From the NCBI RefSeq assembly GCF_018977255.1, contig NW_024704743.1, forward strand, positions 48,300,001-48,364,000: a DNA stretch of 64,000 nucleotides, given 5' to 3'. The notes under the pieces were generated by a model. The model ran no database searches, was not told where the DNA came from, and saw nothing but the letters and a program-made list of their open reading frames with translations. Positions 52,854 to 64,000 of this stretch are shown in pieces; within the stretch, counting starts at the first letter, position 1; the number at the start of each line of letters is the position of its first letter. This DNA comes from Callorhinchus milii (lineage: Eukaryota). The translations under genes and the position numbers were made by a program.

Positions 52854-53689
52854 TTCATTTTATTGAATACTGGACATCTACATCACTTGAGAAATTAATA
52901 TCTAGTTCCTTTTTTCTATCATTACTACAAAAAACACAAACAAAATAATTGATACTCCCTAGTAATGTAAACTGTAAACATGTTTTTTTCCCTTATTTTA
53001 GCATCTGTCGATCAAGTCTCTCAGGGCACTTGGTCATGTTGTCTTCTCAATTAGACAGGCCACTGCTGTCACTTGTAATTAGCGTAGTTTTGGTGCTACC
53101 TAACCAGTACTATCTTTTCCTTGAATTGTGAATCCTGGCTACATTTATTTTCCCTACCAGCCCCACTCACTTGAAAATGCAATCTTCTCTTGGCTTGTTT
53201 TCTGTTTTTTTTTCTCCCAGATGATACTGCATCCAACCTCAGAATGATGGAACTCACTGCCAAGAATTTTGGTCACTATATCTCATGATGTAATCTGAAC
53301 AACTCCATCTATCCATCTACATTAAGTATTCCCCACACTTAGTTTTCAGACAAGCTGATGTACTTTGCTTGTGGGTTGCTTTGTATTATAATTCTGTTTA
53401 ATTTAAAGAGGTTAAGTGGTGATGTATTGAGTCATTTATCACAAGGCTCAGATTCGATCCCTGGTCTATTTTGAGTTACTTGATCTCAACCAGGGTGATT
53501 TTAGGGGCACAACATTTTGCCTTAGTGCTTGACAATATTTATTATGGAACATTTGCAACTCTCAAATCCCAGAAATACAGAACATTACATAGAGTGTTAT
53601 GGCATGGAAACAAACCATTCGGATCAACTAGTGCGTAATGGTTATTTATACTCCATACAAGCCTCCAGGCCTCCTCTTCCCTTCTCTTA

Positions 53690-53895
53690 TAATAACAATA
53701 ATCCTTGCATTTGATATAACTCTTTATCACATCTTCGAGACGTCTCAAAGCGCTTCACAGAATATAATATAATAATAGTCCTTGCATTTGATTCAACACC
53801 TTATCACGGCTTCTAAACATCTCAAAGCACTTCACAGAATATACTGTAAAGTGAATTAACTGTATATTGTGTGGTCGAAACGCAGCAGCCAATCC
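53690..53895 (-). mobile_element. SINE 3' part with tandemly duplicated tail
   Basis: aataatccttgcatttgat..tctcaaagc.cttcacagaatata occurs twice (~53695 and ~53772). It sits within a CR1 tail remnant (~53580-53690, ~53895-53970). Confidence 0.82.
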
Positions 53896-54249
53896 TATAT
53901 TTCTATTCCTTTCTCCCTCATATATGCATCAAGTTTCCTTTTAAATATATTAATGCTTTTTGCTTAAACCACAGCGTCCAACTCAATGTGAAAGAACATT
54001 GCACGTAGAGTGTTGGTTTAAGTTGATTGCTTTAAGTTCAGCACCTTGGGACTTCCTCCTGACATCAAAGGCGCTATTCAAATGTAATTCGTTGTTGTTA
54101 ACAGCACCTAGACTTTTTGTGATAAATCTGTAAAACTATTAGAAAAACTTTCTCATAGATAAATATATGCTGTAAATAAATCTTATAATTGCCTAAATCT
54201 TACATTCACCTGAGTCCTGTTCAGTTTCCTATAAAAAACACTTAGATTT

Positions 54250-54711
54250 CTTTGCACTATTATTAATCATTCCTAACTCATAATGCTGCTCCCCTAACGC
54301 TCATACTTACTGATTGCTTTGAATCATGGAAAATTATGTCTTAACCCATTGATGCGTGTGCACATAACGGCCGGCTGCATTGAATCACGGGAAACATAGG
54401 CTTGATCTGTTGATGCATGCGCAGAAGAACTTAATTGCCTGAGATTCCATTGCTTGCCAGTGAGAGCGCATGCAGGGATGGGTGGAACCGCATTGAATTG
54501 TGGAAAATGTAGTCTTGAGCTCTCACCGTATGCACACTTACTGGCTGCAGTGACAAACTACCGACTCGACACTTACCGGCTCTATTGAATTACGCATGTG
54601 CAGTGCAGATTATTGATTAAATTGGCTTAACAATTTATATTGTTTGCCTGCAACTCGAAATTGGCGTAAGTTATATTCGTTGTGGTGGCAATCGATATGA
54701 CTTATGTGAGT
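54250..54711 (+). repeat. Unclassified repeat Z, copy 1
   Basis: Colinear with the reverse complement of 61944-62415 (tcctaactcataa, ttgaatcacgggaaa, ctggctgcagtg.caaactaccg, gattattgattaaat, tttgcctgcaactcg, gacttatgtgagt). Confidence 0.85.
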
Positions 54712-55579
54712 TTTGTTGTATTTAGAAATTATTTATTAATCTCTTCTCTTCCCTCCCCCCATAAAGATAAATTGTGTACAGGTGCATCTTCTGGTTGTAT
54801 AGTTCCACTATAGAATCGTCATTGATTGTTTTGTGACGCGCTGTTGATGTAAGAATACAATTTGGTGCTTGGGGTCAGCAATTCACAAATTTCATAATTG
54901 AGTTTGTTTCCAGGAAAGACTGATGAAATTCTCCTCTCAGAAAAATATAATTAACTAAAGATCTAAGGTCTAGTGTAAGAGACATTGTTTAAGCAGAGGG
55001 AACTTTATTCTGCATCTAAGCTGTGTTTCATTGATATAGAAATAATTAATGCTGACCTTTTTAGGAAAATAATTTTGTACTCCACATGCAAGTCAATGCT
55101 TCATCATTCAGAGAGATGACAGGTTATTTTAAAAACCTCAGGAAATACTTTGGTACTGCTGCACTCCAATCTTGCTCACAGATATTGGCAAAAGGCTATT
55201 CTTCATATGTGATCCTGACAGTGAGATTATCAGGTTATTTGCCACAGGGTGGATCACAGTTAAACCTGATCCTGTCTTCTTCACCTGATACTCGCACACG
55301 TACACTTTCCAGTAGCAGTTACTGGATAAGCGATCAAACACAGGATACCTGGATGAATCTTCAGCCCAGGGACTCTATCATGTCCTTATGGTTACCCAAT
55401 TTGTGATGAACTAACTTGGTATGGTTTGGAAATTATAAACATTGGACTTTATTATGTGTTGCTCAGTTTCAAATTGGGCATGAACTTTACCACCTGATCA
55501 TCAATATAGCTCAAATTGATCAGACACTTAGGTTCGAGTTAATACCTCTAGTTTTGACTATTTTCCATTAAGGAGAAAT

Positions 55580-55692
55580 GTTTTGCCCACAAAATATACA
55601 GTACATTCAGTTTACAGTATGTTTTGTGAAGTGCTTTGAGATATCTCGAAGATATAATAAGGCGCTATATCAAATGCAAGGATTATTATTAT
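55580..55692 (+). mobile_element. SINE 3' tail fragment
   Basis: gcccacaaaatatacag..gagatatctcgaagat..aaggcgctatatcaaatgcaaggattatt. Confidence 0.82.
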
Positions 55693-57053
55693 TGTGCCCT
55701 GATTCTTTCTGGAACTACTTGACTACATTTGTAACACGATGAGAATAGATAGCTTTTTTTTGCGTTGCTGCTGATGATAGAACATAGAACACACTCAAAT
55801 TTGTGCATTACCAGCTTCTTGACTGAGATTTTTAATGAAAAGAGCTGATGGTACAATCAACTCTTCAAATAATGAAAGTACAATGGACAGCTGAATTATT
55901 TTTGAAACTTTTTCTTTAAAGTTTCAGAGAGGCAGAATTGGAACTAATTGCAGTTATTCTACACTGATGTAATGCAAGACCACAAATGGGAATGCACATT
56001 TATAAACATAATAGAATCGATTATCACTAATTGAGACAACCCCATTGTGGATAAGAAACTGCAGATAAATGGATTTACAAAATACAAATTGGCTGTAGCG
56101 CTAACCAAATATTCTTACACTATAATGTATACAATACCACACTGCCGGTTAGTCCTCTCTCTCTTTCTGACACTTTATCTAACTCCTTTGACTGTTTCTC
56201 TCTCTGTGTCTTTAACTTTCTATCTCAGTTGCTTTTGTCGTGGCTCTCTCAGCCATAGTGTGATAATATGATCTTTGCAGTTCCTTTCTAAAAGATTTCT
56301 TCTGAAGGTTATAAACAAACCTACGCCCAATAGGAATATTGAAAACGTAGGCTGATCATATCTCAATGTGGATGAAATGTTTCATATTGGAGATTGCAGA
56401 AAACTGGTATACTCTAATGAAGAATTGGTGAATGTGTAAATAGGTGCAAAGTAGAAACCTTGGATATTCAATTAAAATTTACTTTTTTTATGGTGGGGGG
56501 TGGGATTTATATTCTAAAACAAAAATTACTATTTGCAATGCAAGTAGCAAAGAAGGATTGACCTAATTTTATTATTTATCTATGCAGGGATATAAGGTTA
56601 TTAGTCAGATGACCATGAGACTTGATTTCCAGAGTGTGTAGCACTGACTCGCAAGAAAAAGCTGATATTTGAAAAGGATCCCCTGACAATTCTGTGGTGT
56701 TTAAATTGTCAGAGCATGTTTAGTTTGGGGAGATGAGCTAATCTTCTCTAGCAAGGTTTACAACAGGTTGGAATAAATAAGGGGCTCAGTTAGATGAAGA
56801 GGGATTAACTGTGCAGATTGAGCAAACACTTCTTTCATTGAACAACTGGTTTTATTGGGGATTTGGCAACGCTTGCAAATATTGATTACTTCCCTGCTAC
56901 TTAACACAAAGATGATAGAACATGTGCAGTATTTATGTAACCTGACTGCTGGACCCTGAACTCTATGGTCTGAAGTGTTCAGCATTCATATTAATGATTT
57001 GCTGTTAAGACCTAACTACTTACAAGGGGAACAAAAGTCTTCATTCTGTTTTA

Positions 57054-57625
57054 GAACATAAGAACATAAGAATTTGCTTGGCGAAAGAAGGTCAAGGTCC
57101 ATCTAGTTCGCCTTTCAACATCCTGGCAGTTGCTTGACATGTTGTGTCCCAAATTATACACTGTATCCTGAGATATTATTTTCTAGCAGAAATCTATCTA
57201 ATTTGTTCTTGAAACAAGCAGCATTTTCTGCTTCCACCGTCTCCAGAGGGAACCTGTTCCAAAAGTTTACTACACACTCATTGAAATGGTGTTCCCACAG
57301 ATTTGTTCTGAATTTACTCCCCTTCAATCGCAAGCCGTGTCCTCTGATTCTACTGTTCAGTACAAGATAAAACAGCTTATCATGGTCTTCATTATCTAGT
57401 CCCTTCAGAATCTTAAAGCCCATAATCGTATCACCCTTCAACTTTCTCCAGTGTGAAGATGCCTAGTTTACCTAATCGCTCCTCATAGTCCATTCCCTCC
57501 ATCCCCTCAATCATTTGGGTTGCCTTCCTCTGTATCCTCTCAATTTCTGCAATATCCTTTTTATGTAGCAGTGACCAGAACTACACACAGTATTCCAAGT
57601 GCGATCACACCAGTGATTTATAACA
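57054..57625 (-). mobile_element. CR1 3' fragment
   Basis: ORF 57154-57441: GD.I..FKILKG..RGHGLRL..VVNFWN..FKNKLD; tail (agaacata)n. Confidence 0.9.
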
Positions 57626-57794
57626 TGGTAGGATTTGGAGAGGCAGATGAGGGTGTGGATTCTTCTCACTCAGCTTCCATTAACCCTGTAAGTAAGTCAA
57701 AGTCTCTTAACAGATAGGGTGGTCCTAGCCGTACAAGCATCGGGAAGCTTTCTGCAATATTCTTAAACTGGGAATGAGAAAGTAACCCCCCCAA

Positions 57795-60020
57795 AATATT
57801 TTTGGTCAGCAGTTGTCTGACATATGCAGAAAACCCTCACCATGCTTAAGATTATCCAAACCACCCAACCCATTAGGGCTTTGGCTTGCAGGGTTAACAG
57901 TTGCTGAGTGAGTGATCTTAAAAGAGTGATAAGACAGGCTAAAAGATTGCATGAGAAGAGGTTAGCGGGTAACATAAAGGGGAATCCTAAAATATTTTAC
58001 AAGCACATAAAGGAAAAAAGGTTAGTTAAAGGTAGGGTGGGGCCAATCAAAGAGAGTGACGGCAATCTTGTTGTGGAGGCAGAGGGCATAGCTGATGTAC
58101 TGAACAAGTACTTTGCATCTGTCTCCACAACGGAAATGGATGCCCCAAATCCCTCAGTATTGGATGAGAGGGTAGAGGAAATAGATCAGATTACTATAGA
58201 CAGAGATGAAGTTCTGAAAAGATTGACTGGGCTCAAAATTGATAAGTCACCAGCACCAGATGGATTTCACCCACGGTTGCTGTGGGAGATACGGGTTCAA
58301 ATAGCGGAGGCTTTGGCCAATATATTTCAATCTTCATTGGACACAGGCGTGGTGCCAAGAGACTGGAGAGTGGCTAATGTTACCCCCCTCTACAAAAAGG
58401 GGTAGAAAGACAAACCCGGAAATTACAGGCCAATCTAACTTCGGTAATAGGAAAACTACTGGAGACCATAATTCGGGAAAGAATAAATCTCTACTTAGAG
58501 GAACATGAGGTAATTAGAGACAGCCAACATGGATTTGTTAAAGGCAAATCTTGCCTAACAAATCTAATAGAATTTTTTGAAGAGGTGACTGCGAGGGTTG
58601 ATGAGGGAAATGCGGTGGATGTTATTTACATGGATTTCAAAAAGGCTTTTGACACAGTACCGCATAAGAGATTAATCCAAAAATTAGAGGCCCACGGTAT
58701 TAAGGGGACAGTGGCAGTTTGGATTAAGAACTGGCTGAGTGACAGAAAGCAGAGGGTGGTGGTTAATGGGTGTTTCTCGAAATGGAAGGAGGTGTGCAGC
58801 GGTGTCCCCCAGGGATCGGTATTGGGACCACTGCTCTTTCTAATATATATTAATGATCTGGACTTGGGCATAGAGAGCACTATTTCCAAGTTTGCAGATG
58901 ATACAAAGTTAGGTAGGGTAGTAAATAGTGAGGAGGACTGTAACCAACTGCAAGCAGTCATACACAGCATGGTGGAATGGGCTGACATGTGGCAGATGGA
59001 TTTCAATGTGGATAAGTGTGAGATGATACACTTAGGTAGGAAAAATGATAGGAGGCAATATAGACTTGGTAGCTCAATCTTAAGGGGCGGTGAACGTACA
59101 GAGAGATCTGGGTGTTCAAGTAAGCGAATCAGTAAAAGTAGCGGAGCAAGTAGATAAGGCAGTAAAAAAAGGCATTTGGTGTACTGAGCTTTATTAGTAG
59201 GGGCATAGAGTATAAGAGTAGGGAGGTTATTGTTAATCTATACAAAATACTGGTTAGGCCTCAGCTGGAGTACTGCGTCCAGTTCTGGGCACCTTACTTC
59301 AGGAAGGACATTAAGGCACTGGAAAGGGTGCAGAGGAGATTCACGAGAATGATACCAGGAATGGTGAACCTTAGTTATGAGGACAGGCTGGAGAAGTTAG
59401 GACTTTTCCCATTAGAGCAGAGAAGGTTACGCGGGGACCTGATAGAGGTCTTCAAGATCATGAAAGGTTTCGACAGGCTAGATAAGGAAAAGCTGTTTCC
59501 GCTGGTAGGTGTGTCTGTGACCCGTGGTCACAGTCTCAAGATATTTACCAAAAGAAGCAAAGGGAAGGTTAGAAGAAATGTTTTCACTCAGCGAGTTGTT
59601 CGAATTTGGAATGATCTGCCTGAAAGGGTAGTGAAGTCCGATTCGATAACAGCTTTCAAGAGAGAACTGGATAGGTATCTGGGGAAGACGGGTTTGAAGG
59701 GTTATGGGGAGAAAGCTGGTGATTGGGGTTAGTGAAAGTGACTTGCTCTGTCAAAGAGCCGGCACAGACTCGATGGGCCAAATGGCCTCCTTCTGTGCCA
59801 TAACATTCTATGAAAAAAAAGATGATTGCCTGTCCCCAGTGATTGGTCTGCCCTTCAAGTTCTGTCAATGAGCCAGGTTGGCTGTGCTGTCGTCAGCAGT
59901 GCCTTTGGAAGGCTCCGGACCCACTGGCTCAGGAAGTGGACTACTAAAACCGCCACAGAGGGCTGGCTTTCCGACAATCCATTGCCAAGAATATCATCTG
60001 GAGCCAGTTCAGCTCCAAGG
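57795..60020 (+). repeat. Family X copy, split by the 1.9-kb CR1
   Basis: ttggtcagcagttgtctgacatatgcag..ttagggctttggcttgcagggttaacagttgctgagtg| CR1 |gatgattgcctgtccccagtga..accgccacagagg. Confidence 0.78.
57906..59820 (+). mobile_element. CR1 LINE ORF2, ~1.9-kb 3' portion (RT domain), pseudogenised
   Basis: [72 protein letters not shown]. One stop and several frameshifts. Ends cattctatg(a)8. Confidence 0.95.
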
Positions 60021-60059
60021 AGGCCCCGCTTACCTGCCCCCCCTCCCCCACCCAAGCAA

Positions 60060-60275
60060 GATAACAAGAGGCATAGGTTCAGGGTAACAAGGGGTTGTTT
60101 CGGGACGGATAGCAGGAATTATTTCTTTACCCAGGAGGTAATTAATGACTGGAATGGGCCAAGAGGGTGGTTGAGGACAGAATGCTGGACTTATTTAAGC
60201 AACAGCTTGATGCTGTGATGGAGGATGGTAAGTTGGGTATTCTAGAAGGAGATCAAATGAGTCGAAGGGCCTTCT
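60060..60275 (+). mobile_element. Short CR1 3' fragment
   Basis: TRGHRFRV..RNYFFTQEVINDWN. Confidence 0.75.
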
Positions 60276-61943
60276 TTATCTCAACAGACATTGTGAATGT
60301 CGGCCAAAAATTGGCCAAGTGGCAATTCTAGATTGAAATTCTGTTACTTTAAATATGTGAGACATTATGCTGGATAATTTTATCCGGTTTGTATCTGAAT
60401 CTATTCGCTTCTGTGGGAAACTAATTGTTTGAGAAATATTTCTAATAGCTTTGCTTGAGACAAACAGAACAACAGAACTGATGCCAATCTGCAGTGAGAC
60501 CTGCAGACCCATTGGGTGTTTGCTTCTTGCCTGCTTTGTCCTCATGTTCTTATGGCTTTGGGCCACCTCAACAGCATGATTTCACATCTCAATCACAGCT
60601 GATGCTGCTGCTACAGTTCTGTATAATATAAATGAACTTATTTTAGGCTTTTTTTGTTTTTACTTTTGTTAGAGACAACCAAAATACTAAATTTTCATTT
60701 TTCATTAATAAAACAAGGACATTTTAATCTGTTGTTTTACGTGATTATCTTTCTGGTGGAAGTAGTTCTAATAGTTTCTAATAGACTTTTTTTAAATAAA
60801 TGCTATTTTTAATGACTATTTCATTTTATTTAAAGAAGTCATTAAACATTGATTGATCCAACTAACTGAACAATAATCAAATTCTGTTCATTTTTTAAAA
60901 TGTATCCTTGTTCAAACTGTGTCTACAACAGTCACCACGTAGTCTGAATTCAGTTTATCAGCAGCACAGCAGATAATTTGAAGAATCTTTCATATTCAGA
61001 AATTGAGTGTACTTAAATAATATTGAAAATAGACTTGTATTTTCATTAAAGATCATTTTTTGCAGCTGGTAAATCTGCAAAGTACATCTGAAAGGTGATC
61101 ACTAACCAAATACTATAAAATAAGTAATGTTTTACCTCATGATTCAGTGTGTCTGACATATTTAAGTGGATTTGTCATATCATCTGTACTTAGTCAATAA
61201 AGCAATAACATCAGTCGTTTACAGTGAAATAACAAATAGCATTTCAAATCAATTTAAACAACATCTGATATGAAAATTGAAGAGCAATTGCTTATTTATT
61301 TCTAAAAGTTCTAATAGTTTTGAACATTTTAGTATAGCTCTGTCAGAATGGAATGTTTAATAGTGATATCTTAAATCACCTTCACTTTACTTCTGTATCC
61401 AAGCAGAATTCACTAGATTGTGTTTGAAGTGCTGAAGTCCAGAATCTGCTATGACAGTATCAAAAATTTCTTAATTTTGAAGTTTTATTAGATGTACAAT
61501 GTCACATTTCATAAAATAAATTAATACTGTAACAAGATTCAGTAAATGTTCTGCATGACTGTTGCAATGTTAAAATGTTAACAGTATAATTGATATAGTA
61601 AGCGTCAATTTTCACTGGCTTTCTGGATAATGTTATATCTGTCCGTATTGTTAGTCCATTTTGATTATCTTCTGTATTTTTATGATTTATATAGTGTTCC
61701 AGTGAGCCTAATCTAAGATTCAAAGTGACTAGTCCAGAGACATTACTAAACTATATAGGAAACGTGCAAAATATACTGAAGAACAGGTGCCCTAAGCACT
61801 AAATTGAAGGGGAAAATACAATTGAGAGAAAAAAGTGTAATAAAAGGACAATTTAGAGAAAGCAGAGATGACCTATCCGCTGTTCCATTTCAAATCTGAT
61901 TCTTCAAGCAAGTTCTTGTTTCCATGGATTGGCTAATACCTGT

Positions 61944-62415
61944 ACTCACATAAGTCGTATCAGTTGGGACCATAATATTTAATATGAATTATGCAAAGTC
62001 CGAGTTGCAGGCAAAATGTAGAAGTTGTAGAAAATCCGATTTAATCAATAATCTATACTGTACATGCTTAATTTAATCCAGCCGGTAAATGTACTTGCGG
62101 TAGTTTGGCACTGCAGCCAGGAAGTGCACATGTAGTGACTAGCTGAGACTACATTCAGTGCTTCACCCGTCATCGCATGCCACTTACCGGCATACGTTGG
62201 AATCTCATTCAATTGCAGAAAATGAGGTTCCTATGTGCATTCATCGAGATATGAAGACTATGTTTCCCGCGATTCAATATAGCCGGCCGGCAAGTATCCA
62301 TGCGTCGACAGATAAAGACGTCATTTCCCGTGATTCAAGGATAAGCTCGGGAGTAATGAAGGGTGGGAGACCGCCTTTATGAGTTAGGAGGTGAGCAATA
62401 CGATTGGTGTAAAAA
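61944..62415 (-). repeat. Unclassified repeat Z, copy 2 (inverted relative to copy 1)
   Basis: See 54250-54711; this copy retains more CpGs. Confidence 0.85.
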
Positions 62416-62509
62416 CTTCACGCAGGTAGCAGATGTATAATGGTAAAAACACAATGCATGTATGAAGGGTACAGCAGTTTTCTTACAATGTGCATTTTTT
62501 CTTGTTTAG

Positions 62510-62587
62510 TTCAGCGAGCCCCTCCAATACCTGCACAGGAACTACCCCAGGTCCTGAAAACTGGATATTTGGAAAAGCGGCGGAAAG
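62510..62587 (+). CDS. SKAP2: SKAP2 internal coding exon, start of PH domain (78 bp, phase 1-1)
   Basis: Acceptor ttttttcttgtttag| and donor |gtaaga. Encodes (V)QRAPPIPAQELPQVLKTGYLEKRRK, matching SKAP2 (FPPIAAQDLPFVLKAGYLEKRRK) better than SKAP1 (GYLEKKSK). In frame with exon 1501-1599. Confidence 0.93.
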
Positions 62588-63934
62588 GTAAGAACAGAAT
62601 ATATTGTCTTGAACAGCATTTCTCGCAAAGTATTGGTGCAACAAAACCATCAAGATATGCGCAACTTGTATTTATTGTAGATCATTATACAAGCCCAAAG
62701 TACTGCATATCTTTACTGTAGTGCGGATATTTTAATAGAAGAACTTTGGTTGTAGAGTTGGAGATGAAGAGGATAGTGTGAAGTGAGGACTGGGTATCTG
62801 CTATTTTGCAATTCAAACTAAAATTACATTTGCGTTGTCTGGTCAGCAGAATATTTAACTTCATGTTGTGGTGTTTATTATTTTAATTTTACTTGCCACT
62901 TCCTTGAACACTATTTTATGGTGTATCTTTTGACATATACAATAGCAGATTTTATATAAATACTAAGAGTCAGTGTGGGCATGAGGAATATCTGAATTAA
63001 TTAGGGCCAAGGTAATGGATATTGTAGCAAGAAACATTGGTCTAACCTTCTGGTGTATTATGTAATAAGTATTCAATGTGCTGATGTATTACTGGATTTA
63101 TTCAAACCTACGCCAATAATCACAGCGAGTGCTCCTTTCCCTGGGGCCGTTTATATTTCCTGTAGTAGTCTACGTTAGTTGTTAATTGATTGTTATTGTC
63201 TCTTAAAGGGATCTCTCCACCTATTGTTCATGTTTGGCGATGAGAGGAAAGATTGTGTCCCTTCTTGCTAAAACAAACTGGAAAATATATAATAACCAAT
63301 AAAATCTATTCTACAGGCTATAGTTTACAATTGCATTCACCTTTGCTTCAGGAATTAAAAATAGGCAGCATTCCAGATCTTTAGGGAGCATTCATTTTTT
63401 GGGTAAGAAACATTGCCACATAGTAGCGAATTATTCCAGTGTAAGTTAACAGTGCTAGACACACATTAATACAATGACGGACTTAAAACATTGTAAACTT
63501 TACCCCAGTAAATATATTCACCATATGTCCTTTACTAGCAAAAAGAAAAAGATGTTTGGGTGTTATTGGCAAACTGTGTCCAGAAGCTCTTGTCACTAAA
63601 GCTAAACAAATACCTACATTGCATCTTGAAGTTGTTTAAGGAAAATAAATTAATCTCATATAGATCACTGGTTTGGTGATGTTTGGAGTATTATGTATAA
63701 ATTTGATCTTCGTTAGTTCATTCAAATATTAGCTGGGTGCAATAGGATGATTCTGGAGCTTAGAGCACATTATAATGCAGAGGTTCCCAGAGCTAAACAT
63801 GCTCTTTTTGGAAAGTCTTGATTAATAGCATCAAAGAAAGAGAACAGATTAAGTACCTATTTTGGGAAATGTGTTAATGGATGAATATCCTGCATTGGTT
63901 TGATTTCTCTTTAGAGTTCTGAATGTCTTTGGAT

Positions 63935-64000
63935 GTTCAGCGCCTTGGGATGTCCTTCCGATGTGAAAGACGCTCTATAAATGTCATTTTGTTGTTGTTG
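63935..64000 (+). mobile_element. L2 tail-only insertion (similar at ~15425-15492, 17672-17725, 20575-20645, 44440-44497, 45940-46022, 54035-54100)
   Basis: cagcgccttgggatgtccttccgatgtgaaagacgctctataaatgtcatttt(gtt)n. Confidence 0.85.

Larger units (their letters stand above)
1600..62509 (+). other. SKAP2: ~60.9-kb GT-AG phase-1 intron of SKAP2
   Basis: The flanking exons join into a continuous SKAP2-like peptide (...ASPD-VQRAPP...), with no intervening SKAP2 sequence missing. Confidence 0.85.

Noticed and set aside
57908..59732. Functional reverse transcriptase gene
   Set aside because: 5'-truncated CR1 with an in-frame stop at 58403-58405 and frameshifts; no endonuclease domain.
62440..62721. 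93-aa ORF as a stand-alone gene
   Set aside because: Only 62510-62587 is SKAP2-like and it is bounded by splice sites; the rest is intron read-through.
63662..63745. tag|ATCACTGGTTTGGT.. (DHWFGDVW) as the next SKAP2 exon (expected DHSF.G.EWQKRWC)
   Set aside because: No polypyrimidine tract and no WQKRW motif. The next exon is probably beyond the window.

Overview
AT-rich vertebrate genomic DNA, most likely from a cartilaginous fish and possibly a chimaera. That assignment is inferred from the repeat content (L2 and CR1 LINEs, tRNA/Deu-domain SINEs, a shark-type Penelope hairpin), not from a database hit. Two coding exons of SKAP2 lie on the + strand: 1501-1599 (99 bp) and 62510-62587 (78 bp, start of the PH domain). 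They splice in frame (phase 1) across one ~60.9-kb intron that makes up almost the whole window. In jawed vertebrates SKAP2 flanks the 3' (HOXA1) end of the HOXA cluster, so the unique intronic blocks are candidate Hox-landscape enhancers; several carry PBX/MEIS, PBX-HOX and nuclear-receptor direct-repeat motifs. The rest is decayed mobile DNA, and the six-frame ORFs are LINE remnants or noise. Best leads: (1) a TSD-flanked hairpin element carrying a degenerate minimal hammerhead-ribozyme core; (2) an unclassified ~700-bp repeat family with about 7 copies, several broken at the same motif by younger elements; (3) a ~460-bp inverted repeat pair with promoter-like motifs ending just before the second exon; (4) a candidate alternative first or poison exon; (5) a SINE that appears to have swapped in the L2 recognition loop. 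I found no prokaryote-type system, CRISPR array or intact novel gene. Repeat boundaries are approximate unless a TSD or TIR is cited.
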